64,000 nt of DNA from the human T2T-CHM13v2.0 reference genome, Homo sapiens. The number at the start of each line of letters is the position of its first letter. Positions within the stretch are counted from its first letter, which is position 1. Below are positions 14,301 through 25,800 of the stretch, one piece after another. The position numbers and the translations under genes were made by a program. Location of the stretch: the NCBI RefSeq assembly GCF_009914755.1, contig NC_060943.1, one strand, 5' to 3'. The notes under the pieces are model-generated. The model worked only from the letters and a program-made list of their open reading frames with translations. It was not told the origin of the DNA and made no database searches.

Positions 14301-15899
14301 TCTCAGAAACTCCTTTGTGATGTGTGCGCTCAACTCACAGAGTTTAACCTTTCTTTTCATAGAGTAGTTAGGAAACACTCTGTTTGTAAAGTCTGCAAGT
14401 GGATATTCAGACCTCTTTGAGGCCTTCGTAGGAAACGGGATTTCTTCATATTATGCTAGACAGAAGAATTCTCAGTAACTTCCTTGTGTTGTGTGTATTC
14501 AACTCACAGAGTTGAACGATCCTTTACACAGAGCAGACTTGAAACACTCTTTTTCTGGAATTTGCAAGTAGAGATTTCAGCCGCTTTGAGGTCAACGGTA
14601 GAATAGGAAATATCTTCCTATAGAAACTAGACAGAATGATTCTCAGAAACTCCTTTGTGATGTGTGCGTTCAACTCACAGAGTTTAACCTTTCTTTTCAT
14701 AGAGCAGTTAGGAAACACTCTGTTTGTAAAGTCTGCAAGTGGATATACAGACCTCTTTCAGGCCTTCGTTGAAAACGGGATTTCTTCATATTATGCTAGA
14801 CAGAAGAATTCTCAGTAACTTCCTTGTGTTGTGTGTATTCAACTCACAGAGTTCAACGATCTCTTACACAGAGCAGAGTTGAAACACTCTTTTTCTGGAA
14901 TTTGCAAGTGGAGATTTCAGCCGCTTTGAGGTCAATGGTAGAATAGGAAATATGTTCCTATAGAAACTAGACAGAATGATTCTCAGAAACTCCTTTGTGA
15001 TGTGTGCGCTCAACTCACAGAGTTTAACCTTTCTTTTCATAGAGCAGTTAGGAAACACTCTGTTTGTAAAGTCTGCAAGTGGATATTCAGACCTCTTTGA
15101 GGCCTTCGTAGGAAACGGGATTTCTTCATATTATGCTAGAGAGAAGAATTCTCAGTAACTTCCTTGTGTTGTGTGTATTCAACTCACAGAGTTGAACGAT
15201 CCTTTACACAGAGCATACTTGAAACACTCTTCTTGTGGAATTTGCAAGTGGAGATTTCAGCCGATTTGAGGTCAATGGTAGAATAGGAAATATCTTCGTA
15301 TAAAAACTAGACAGAATGATTCTCAGAAACTCCTTTGTGATGTGTGCGTTCAACTCACAGAGTTTAACCTTTCTTTTCATAGAGCAGTTCGGAAACACTC
15401 TGTTTGTAAAGTCTGCAAGTGGATATTCAGACCTCCCTGAGGCCTTCTTTGGAAACGGGATTTCTTCATATTATGCTAGACAGAAGAATTCTCAGTAACT
15501 TCCTTGTGTTGTGTGTATTCAACTCACAGAGTTGAACAATCCTTTACACAGAGCAGACTTGAAACACTCTTTTTGTGGAATTTGCAAGTGGAGATTTCAG
15601 CCGCTTTGAGGTCAATGGTAGAAAAGGAAATATCTTCGTATAAAAACTAGACAGAATCATTCTCAGAAACTCCCTTGTGATGTGTGCGTTCAACTCACAG
15701 AGTTTAACCTTTCTTTTCATAGAGCAGTTAGGAAACACTCTGTTTGTAAAGTCTGCAAGTGGATATTCAGACCTCCTTGAGGCCTTCGTTGGAAACGGGT
15801 TTTCTTCATATTATGCTAGACAGAAGAATTCTCAGTAACTTCCTTGTGTTGTGTGTATTCAACTCACAGAGTTGAACGATCCTTTACACAGAGCATACT
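2347..15899 (+). repeat. Tandem super-repeat with a 5,779-bp unit (17 dimers minus 1 bp), ~2.3 copies
   Basis: Private variants recur at +5779: the 1-bp deletion GTGTGGTTC (~5148/~10927), AGAGGAGAC (~2632/8411/14190), GACGTCAGTGG (~4730/10509) and AATTAGATAGAATTA (~7146/12925). Confidence 0.95.
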
Positions 15900-16963
15900 A
15901 GAAACACTCTTCTTGTGGAATTTGCAAGTGGAGATTTCAGCCGCTTTGAGGTCAATGGTAGAATAGGAAATATCTTCGTATAAAAATTAGATAGAATTAT
16001 TCTCAGAAACTCCTTTGTGATGTGTGCGTTCAACTCACAGAGTTTAACCTTTCTTTTCATAGAGCAGTTAGGGAACACTCTGTTTGTAACGTCTGCAGGT
16101 GGATATTCAGACCTCTTTGAGGCCTTCGTTGGAAACGGGATTTCTTCATATTCTGCTAGACAGAAGAATTCTCAGTAACTTCCTTGTGTTGTGTGTATTC
16201 AACTCACAGAGTTGAACGATCCTTTACACAGAGCATACTTGAAACAATCTTCTTGTGGAATTTGCAAGTGGAGATTTCAGCCGCTTTGAGGTCAATGGTA
16301 GAATAGGAAATATCTTCCTATAGAAACTAGACAGAATGATTCTCAGAAACTCCCTTGTGATGTGTGCGTTCAACTCACAGAGTTTAACCTTTCTTTTCAT
16401 AGAGCAGTTAGGAAACACTCTGTTTGTAAAGTCTGCAAGTGGATATTCAGACCTCCTTGAGGCCTTCGTTGGAAACGGGATTTCTTCATATTCTGCTAGA
16501 GAGAAGAATTCTCAGTAAATTCCTTGTGTTGTGTGTATTCAACTCACAGAGTTGAACGATCCTTTACACAGAGCAGACTTGAAACACTCTTTTTGTGGAA
16601 TTTGCAAGTGGAGATTTCTGCCGCTTTGAGGTCAATTGTAGAAAAGGAAATATCTTCGTATAAAAACTAGACAGAATGATTCTCAGAAACTCCCTTGTGA
16701 TGTGTGCGTTCAACTCACAGAGTTTAACCTTTCTTTTCATAGAGCAGTTAGGAAACACTCTGTTTGTAAAGTCTGCAAGTGGATATTCAGACCTCCTTGA
16801 GGCCTTCGTTGGAAACGGGATTTCTTCATATTATGCTAGACAGAAGAATTCTCAGTAACTTCCTTGTGTTGTGTGTATTCAACTCACAGAGTTGAACGAT
16901 CCTTTACACAGAGCAGACTTGAAACACTCTTCTTGTGGAATTTGCAAGTGGAGATTTCAGCCG
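12834..16963 (+). repeat. 3,060-bp (9-dimer) shortened variant of the super-repeat
   Basis: 15894-16963 matches 12834-13903 (CATACTAGAAAC, AATTAGATAG, TAACGTCTGCAGG, GAAACAATC) at an offset of 3060. Confidence 0.9.
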
Positions 16964-17559
16964 CTTTGAGGTCAATGGTAGAATAGGAAATATCTTCGTA
17001 TAAAAACTAGACAGAATGATTCTCAGAAACTCCTTTGTGATGTGTGCATTCAACTCACAGAGTTTAACCTTTCTTTCATAGAGCAGTTAGGAAACACTCT
17101 GTTTGTAAAGTCTGCAAGTGGATATTCAGACCTCTTTGAGGCCATCGTTGGAAACGGGATTTCTTCATATTCTGCTAGAGAGAAGAATTCTCAGTAACTT
17201 CCTTGTGTTGTGTGTATTCAACTCAAAGAGTTCAACGATCCTTTATACAGAGCAGACTTGAAACACTCTTTTTGTGGAATTTGCAAGCGGAGATTTCAGC
17301 CGCTTTGAGGTCAATTGTAGAAAAGGAAATATCTTTGTATAAAAACTAGACAGAATGATTCTCAGAAACTCCCTTGTGATGTGTGCGTTCAACTAACAGA
17401 GTTTAACCTTTCTTTTCATAGAGCAGTTAGGAAACACTCTGTTTGTAAAGTCTGCAAGTGGATATTCAGACCTCCTTGAGGCCTTCGTTAGAAACGGGAT
17501 TTCTTCATATTATGCTAGACAGAAGAATTCTCAGTAACTTCCTTGTGCTGTGTGTATTC

Positions 17560-19800
17560 AACTCACAGAGTTGAACGATCCTTTACACATAGCATACTTG
17601 AAACACTCTTCTTGTGGAATTTGCAAGTGGAGATTTCAGCCGCTTTGAGGTCAATGGTAGAATAGGAAATATCTTCGTATAAAAACTAGACAGAATGATT
17701 CTCAGAAACTCCTTTGTGATGTGTGCGTTCAACTCACAGAGTTTAACCTTTCTTTTCATAGAGCAGTTAGGGAACACTCTGTTTGTAAAGTCTGCAGGTG
17801 GATATTCAGACCTCTTTGAGGCCTTCGTTGGAAACGGGATTTCTTCATATTCTGCTAAACAGAAGAATTCTCAGTAACTTCCTTGTGTTGTGTGTATTCA
17901 ACTCACAGAGTTGAACGATCCTTTACACAGAGCAGACTTGAAACACTCTTTTTGTGGAATTTGCAAGTGGAGATTTCAGCCGCTTTGAGGTCAATGGTAG
18001 AATAGGAAATATCTTCCTATAGAAAATAGACAGAATGATTCTCAGAAACTCCTTTGTGATGTGTGCGTTCAACTCACAGAGTTTAACCTTTCTTTTCATC
18101 GAGCAGTTAGGAAACACTCTGTTTGTAAAGTCTGCAAGTGGATATTCAGACCTCTTTGAGGCCATCGTTGGAAACGGGATTTCTTCATATTCTGCTAGAG
18201 AGAAGAATTCTCAGTAAATTCCTTGTGTTGTGTGTATTCAACTCACAGAGTTGAAGGATCCTTTACACAGAGCAGACTTGAAACACTCTTTTTGTGGAAT
18301 TTGCAAGTGGAGATTTCTGCCGCTTTGAGGTCAATTGTAGAAAAGGAAATATCTTCGTATAAAAACTAGACAGAATGATTCTCAGAAACTCCCTTGTGAT
18401 GTGTGCGTTCAACTCACAGAGTTTAACCTTTCTTTTCATAGAGCAGTTAGGAAACACTCTGTTTGTAAAGTCTGCAAGTGGATATTCAGACCTCCTTGAG
18501 GCCTTCGTTGGAAACGGGATTTCTTCATATTATGCTAGACAGAAGAATTCTCAGTAACTTCCTTGTGTTGTGTGTATTCAACTCACAGAGTTGAACGATC
18601 CTTTACACAGAGCATACTTGAAACACTCTTCTTGTGGAATTTGCAAGTGGAGATTTCAGCCGCTTTGAGGTCAATGGTAGAATAGGAAATATCTTCGTAT
18701 AAAAACTAGACAGAATGATTCTCAGAAACTCCTTTGTGATGTGTGCGTTCAACTCACAGAGTTTAACCTTTCTTTTCATAGAGCAGTTAGGGAACACTCT
18801 GTTTGTAAAGTCTGCAGGTGGATATTCAGACCTCTTTGAGGCCTTCGTTGGAAACGGGATTTCTTCATATTCTGCTAAACAGAAGAATTCTCAGTAACTT
18901 CCTTGTGTTGTGTGTATTCAACTCACAGAGTTGAACGATCCTTTACACAGAGCAGACTTGAAACACTCTTTTTGTGGAATTTGCAAGTGGAGATATCAGC
19001 CGCTTTGAGGTCAATGGTAGAATAGGAAATATCTTCCTATAGAAAATAGACAGAATGATTCTCAGAAACTCCTTTGTGATGTGTGCGTTCAACTCACAGA
19101 GTTTAACCTTTCTTTTCTTCGAGCAGTTAGGAAACACTCTGTTTGTAAAGTCTGCAAGTGGATATTCAGACCTCTTTGAGGCCATCGTTGGAAACGGGAT
19201 TTCTTCATATTCTGCTAGAGAGAAGAATTCTCAGTAAATTCCTTGTGTTGTGTGTATTCAACTCACAGAGTTGAACGATCCTTTACACAGAACAGACTTG
19301 AAACACTCTTTTTGTGGAATTTGCAAGTGGAGATTTCTGCCGCTTTGAGGTCAATTGTAGAAAAGGAAATATCTTCGTATAAAAACTAGACAGAATGATT
19401 CTCAGAAACTCCCTTGTGATGTGTGCGTTCAACTCACAGAGTTTAACCTTTCTTTTCATAGAGCAGTTAGGAAACACTCTGTTTGTAAAGTCTGCAAGTG
19501 GATATTCAGACCTCCTTGAGGCCTTCGTTGGAAACGGGATTTCTACATATTATGCTAGACAGAAGAATTCTCAGTAACTTCCTTGTGTTGTGTGTATTCA
19601 ACTCACAGAGTTGAACGATCCTTTACACAGAGCATACTTGAAACACTCTTCTTGTGGAATTTGCAAGTGGAGATTTCAGCCGCTTTGAGGTCAATGGTAG
19701 AATAGGAAATATCTTCGTATAAAAACTAGACAGAATGATTCTCAGAAACTCCTTTGTGATGTGTGCGTTCAACTCACAGAGTTTAACCTTTCTTTTCATA
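17560..19800 (+). repeat. Local 1,020-bp (3-dimer) tandem duplication, ~2.2 copies
   Basis: GGGAAC/CTGCAGGTG/GCTAAAC (~17770-17860 and ~18790-18880), AGAAAATAGA (18021/19041) and TCGAGC (~18099/19119) all recur at +1020. Confidence 0.88.
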
Positions 19801-22800
19801 GAGCAGTTAGGAAACACTCTGTTTGTAAAGTCTGCAAGTGGATATTCAGACCTCTTTCAGGCCATCGTTGGAAACGGGATTTCTTCATATTCTGCTAGAG
19901 AGAAGAATTCTCAGTAACTTCCTTGTGTTGTGTGTATTCAACTCAAAGAGTTCAACGATCCTTTATACAGAGCAGACTTGAAACACTCTTTTTGTGGAAT
20001 TTGCAAACGGAGATTTCAGCCGCTTTGAGGTCAATTGTAGAAAAGGAAATATCTTCGTATAAAAACTAGACAGAATGATCCTCAGAAACTCCCTTGTGAT
20101 GTGTGCGTTCAACTCACAGAGTTTAACCTTTCTTTTCATAGAGCAGTTAGGAAACACTCTGTTTGTAAAGTCTGCAAGTGGATATTCAGACCTCCTTGAG
20201 GCCTTCGTTGGAAACGGGATTTCTTCATATTATGCTAGACAGAAGAATTCTCAGTAACTTCCTTGTGCTGTGTGTATTCAACTCACAGAGTTGAACGATC
20301 CTTTACACAGAGCATACTTGAAACACTCTTCTTGTGGAAATTGCAAGTGGAGATTTCAGCCGCTTTGAGGTCAATGGTAGAATAGGAAATATCTTCGTAT
20401 AAAAACTAGACAGAATGATTCTCAGAAACTCCTTTGTGATGTGTGCGTTCAACTCACAGAGTTTAACCTTTCTTTTCATAGAGCAGTTAGGAAACACTCT
20501 GTTTGTAAAGTCTGCAAGTGGATATTCAGACCTCCCTGAGGCCTTCTTTGGAAACGGGATTTCTTCATATTATGCTAGACAGAAGAATTCTCAGTAACTT
20601 CCTTGTGTTGTGTGTATTCAACTCACAGAGTTGAACGATCCTTTACACAGAGCAGACTTGAAACACTCTTTTTGCGGAATTTGTAAGTGGAGATTTCAGC
20701 CGCTTTGAGGTCAATGGTAGAAAAGGAATTATCTTCGTATAAAAACTAGACAGAATCATTCTCAGAAACTCCTTTGTGATGTGTGCGTTCAACTCACAGA
20801 GTTTAACCTTTCTTTTCATAGAGCAGTTAGGAAACACTCTGTTTGTAAAGTCTGCAAGTGGATATTCAGACCTCCTTGAGGCCTTCGTTGGAAACGGGAT
20901 TTCTTCATATTATGCTAGACAGAAGAATTCTCAGTAACTTCCTTGTGTTGTGTGTATTCAACTCACAGAGTTGAACGATCCTTTACACAGAGTAGACTTG
21001 AAACACTCTTTTTGTGGAATTTGCAAGTGGAGATTTCAGCCGCTTTGTGGTCAATGGTAGAATAGGAAATATCTTCCTATAGAAACTAGACAGAATGATT
21101 CTCAGAAACTCCTTTGTGATGTGTGCGTTCAACTCACAGAGTTCAACCTTTCTTTTCATAGAGCAGTTAGGAAACACTCTGTTTGTAAAGTCTGCAAGTG
21201 GATATTCAGACCTCTTTGAGGCCTTCGTTGGAAACGGGTTTTCTTCATATTATGCTAGACAGAAGAATTCTCAGTAGCTTCCTTGTGTTGTGTGTATTCA
21301 ACTCACAGAGTTGAACGATCCTTTACACAGAGCAGACTTGAAACACTCTTTTTGTGGAATTTGCAATTGGAGATTTCAGCCGCTTTGAGGTCAATGGTAG
21401 AATAGGAAATATCTTCGTATAAAAACTAGACAGAATGATTCTGAGAAACTCCTTTGTGATGTGTGCGTTCAACTCACAGAGTTTAACCTTTCTTTTCATA
21501 GAGCAGTTAGGAAACACTCTGTTTGTTAAGTCTGCAAGTGGATATTCAGACCTCTTTGAGGCCTTCGTTGGAAACGGGATTTCTTCATATTCTGCTAGAC
21601 AGAAGAATTCTCAGTAACTTCCTTGTGTTGTGTGTATTCAACTCACAGAGTTGAACGATCCTTTACACAGAGCAGACTTGAAACACTCTTTTTCTGGAAT
21701 TTGCAAGTGGAGATTTCAGCCGCTTTGAGGTCAATGGTAGAATAGGAAATATCTTCCTATAGAAACTAGACAGAATGATTCTCAGAAACTCCTTTGTGAT
21801 GTGTGCGTTCAACTCACAGAGTTTAACCTTTCTTTTCATAGAGCAGTTAGGAAACACTCTGTTTGTAAAGTCTGCAAGTGGATATTCAGACCTCTTTGAG
21901 GCCTTCGTTGGAAACGGGATTTCTTCATATTCTGCTAGACAGAAGAATTCTCAGTAACTTCCTTGTGTTGTGTGTATTCAACCCACAGAGTTGAACGATC
22001 CTTTACACAGAGCAGACTTGAAACACTCTTTTTGTGGAATTTGCAAGTGGAGATTTCAGCCGCTTTGAGGTCAATGTTAGAATAGGAAATATCTTCCTAT
22101 AGAAACTAGACAGAATGATTCTCAGAAACTCCTTTGTGATGTGTGCGTTCAATTCAAAGAGTTTAACCTTTCTTTTCATAGAGCAGTTAGGAAACACTCT
22201 GTTTGTAAAGTCTGCAAGTGGATATTCAGACCTCTTTGAGGCCATCGTTGGAAAAGGGATTTCTTCATATTCTGCTAGAGAGAAGAATTCTCAGTAAATT
22301 CCTTGTGTTGTGTGTATTCAACTCACAGAGTTGAACGATCCTTTACACAGAGCAGACTTGAAACACTCTTTTTGTGGAATTTGCAAGTGGAGATTTCAGC
22401 CGCTTTGAGGTCAATTGTAGAAAAGGAAATATCTTCGTGTAAAAATAGACAGAATGATTCTCAGAAACTCCCTTGTGATGTGTGCGTTCAACTCACAGAG
22501 TTTAACCTTTCTTTTCATAGAGCAGTTAGGAAACACTCTGTTTGTAAAGTCTGCAAGTGGATATTCAGACCTCTTTGACGCCATCGTTGGAAACGGGATT
22601 TCTTCATATTCTGCTAGAGAGAAGAATTCTCAGTAACTTCCTTGTGTTGTGTGTATTCAACCCACAGAGTTGAACGATCCTTTACACAGAGCATACTTGA
22701 AACACTCTTCTTGTGGAATTTGCAAGTGGAGATTTCAGCCGCTTTGAGGTCAATGGTAGAATAGGAAATATCTTCGTATAAAAAGTAGACAGAATGATTC

Positions 22801-25800
22801 TCAGAAACTCCTTTGTGATGTGTGCGTTCAAATCACAGAGTTTAACCTTCCTTTTCATAGAGCAGTTAGGGAACACTCTGTTTGTAAAGTCTGCAAGTGG
22901 ATATTCAGACCTCCTTGAGGCCTTCGTTGGAAACGGGATTTCTTCATATTCTGCTAGACAGAAGAATTCTCAGTAAATTCCTTGTGTTGTGTGTATTCAA
23001 CTCACAGAGTTGAACGATCCTTTACACAGAGCAGACTTGAAACACTCTTTTTGTTGAACTTGCAAGTGGAGATTTCAGCCCCTTTGAGGTCAATGGTAGA
23101 ATAGGAAATATCTTCCTATAGAAACTAGACAGAATGATTCTGAGAAACTCCTTTGTGATGTGTGCGTTCAACTCACAGAGTTTAACCTTTCTTTTCATAG
23201 AGCAGTTAGGAGGCACTCTGTTTGTAATGTCTGCAAGTGGATATTCAGACCTCTTTGAGGCCTTCGTTGGAAATGGGATTTCTTCATATTATGCTAGACA
23301 GAAGAATTCTCAGTAACTTCCTTGTGTTGTGTGTATTCAACTCACAGAGTTGAACGATCCTTTACACAGAGCAGACTTGAAACACTCTTTTTGTGGAATT
23401 TGCAAGTGGAGATTTCAGCCGCTTTGAGGTCAATGGTAGAATAGGAAATATCTTCCTATAGAAACTAGACAGAATGATTCTCAGAAACTCCTTTGTGATG
23501 TGTGCGTGCAACTCACAGAGTTTAACCTTTCTTTTCATAGAGCAGTTAGGAGACACTCTGTTTGTAAAGTCTGCAAGTGGATATTCAGACCTCTTTGAGG
23601 CCATCGTTGGAAACGGGATTTCTTCATATTCTGCTAGACAGAAGAATTCTCAGTAACTTCCTTGTGTTGTGTGTATTCAACTCACAGAGTTGAACGATCC
23701 TTTACACAGAGCAGACTTGAAACACTCTTTTTGTGGAATTTGCAAGTGGAGATTTCAGCCGCTTTAAGGTCAATGGTAGAAAAGGAAATATCTTCGTATA
23801 AAAACTAGACAGAATCATTCTCAGAAACTCCTTTGTGATGTGTGCGTTCAACTCACAGAGTTTAACTTTTCTTTTCATAGAGCAGTTAGGAAACACTCTG
23901 TTTGTAAAGTCTGCAAGTGGATATACAGACCTCCTTGAGGCCTTCGTTGGAAACGGGATTTCTTCATATTATGCCAGACAGAAGAATTCTCAGTAACTTC
24001 CTTGTGTTGTGTGTATTCAACTCACAGAGTTGAACGATCCTTTACACAGAGCAGACTTGAAAGACTCTTTTTGTGGAATTTGCAAGTGGAGATTTCAGCC
24101 GCTTTGAGGTCAATGGTAGAATAGGAAATATCTTCCTATAGAAACTAGACAGAATGATTCTCAGAAACTCCATTGTGATGTGTGCGTTCAACTCAAAGAG
24201 TTTAAACTTTCTTTTCATAGAGCAGTTAGGTAACACTCTGTTTGTAAAGTCTGCAAGTGGATATTCAGACCTCTTTGATGCCATCGTTGGAAACGGGATT
24301 TCTTCATATTCTGCTGGAGAGAAGAATTCTCAGTAAATTCCTGGTGTTGTGTGTATTCAACTCACAGAGTTGAACGATCCTTTACACAGAGCAGACTTGA
24401 AACACACTTTTTGTGGAATTTGCAAGTGGAGATTTCAGCCGCTTTGAGGTCAATTGTAGAAAAGGAAATATCTTCGTATAAAAACTGGACAGAATGATTC
24501 TCAGAAACTCCCTTGTGATGTGTGCGTTCAACTCACAGAGTTTAACCTTTCTTTTCATAGAGCAGTTAGGAAACACTCTGTTTGTCAAGTCTGCAAGTGG
24601 ATATTCAGACCTCCTTGAGGCCTTCGTTGGAAACGGGTTTTCTTCATATTATGCAAGACAGAAGAATTCTCAGTAACTTCCTTGTGTTGTGTGTATTCAA
24701 CTCACAGAGTTGAAAGATCCTTTACACAGAGCATACTTGAAACACTCTTCTTGTGGAATTTGCAAGTGGAGATTTCAGCCGATTTGAGGTCAATGGTAGA
24801 ATAAGAAATATCTTCCTATAGAAACTAGACAGAATGATTCTCAGAAACTCCTTTGTGATGTGTACGTTCAACTCACAGAGTTTAACCTTTCTTTTCATAG
24901 AGCAGTTAGGAAACACTCTGTTTTTAAAGTCTGCAAGTGGATATTCAGACCTCTTTGAGGCCTTCGTTGGACACGGGATTTCTTCATATTCTGCTAGAGA
25001 GAAGAACTCTCAGTAACTTCCTTCTGTTGTGTGTATTCAACTCACAGAGTTCAACGATCCTTTACACAGAGCAGACTTGAAACACTCTTTTTGTGGAATT
25101 TGCAAGTGGAGATTTCAGCCGCTTTGAGGTCAATGGTAGAAAAGGATATATCTTCGTATAAAAACTAGACAGAATGATTCTCAGAAACTCCTTTGTGATG
25201 TGTGCGTTCAACTCACAGAGTTTAACCTTTCTTTTCATAGAGCAGTTAGGAAACACTCTGTTTGTAAAGTCTGCAAGTGGATATTCAGACCTCCTTGAGA
25301 CCTTCGTTGGAAACGGGATTTCTTCATATTCTGCTAGAGAGAAGAATTCTCAGTAACTTCCTTGTGTTGTGTGTATTCAACTCACAGAGTTGAACGATCC
25401 TTTACACAGAGCAGACTTGAAACACTCTTTTTGTGGAATTTGCAAGTGGAGATTTCAGCCGCTTTGAGGTCAATGGTAGAATAGGAAATATCTTCCTATA
25501 GAAACTAGACAGAATGATTCTCAGAAACTCCTTTGTGATGTGGGCGTTCAACTCACAGAGTTCAACCTTTCTTTTCATAGAGCAGTTAGGAAACACTCTG
25601 TTTGTAAAGTCTGCAAGTGGATATTCAGACCTCTTTGAGGACTTCGTTGGAAACGGGTTTTCTCCATATTCTGCTAGAGAGAAGAATTCTCAGTAAATTC
25701 CTGGTGTTGTGTGTATTCAACTCACAGAGTTGAACGATCCTTTACACAGAGCAGACTTGAAACACTCTTTTTGTGGAATTTGCAAGTGGAGATTTCAGCC

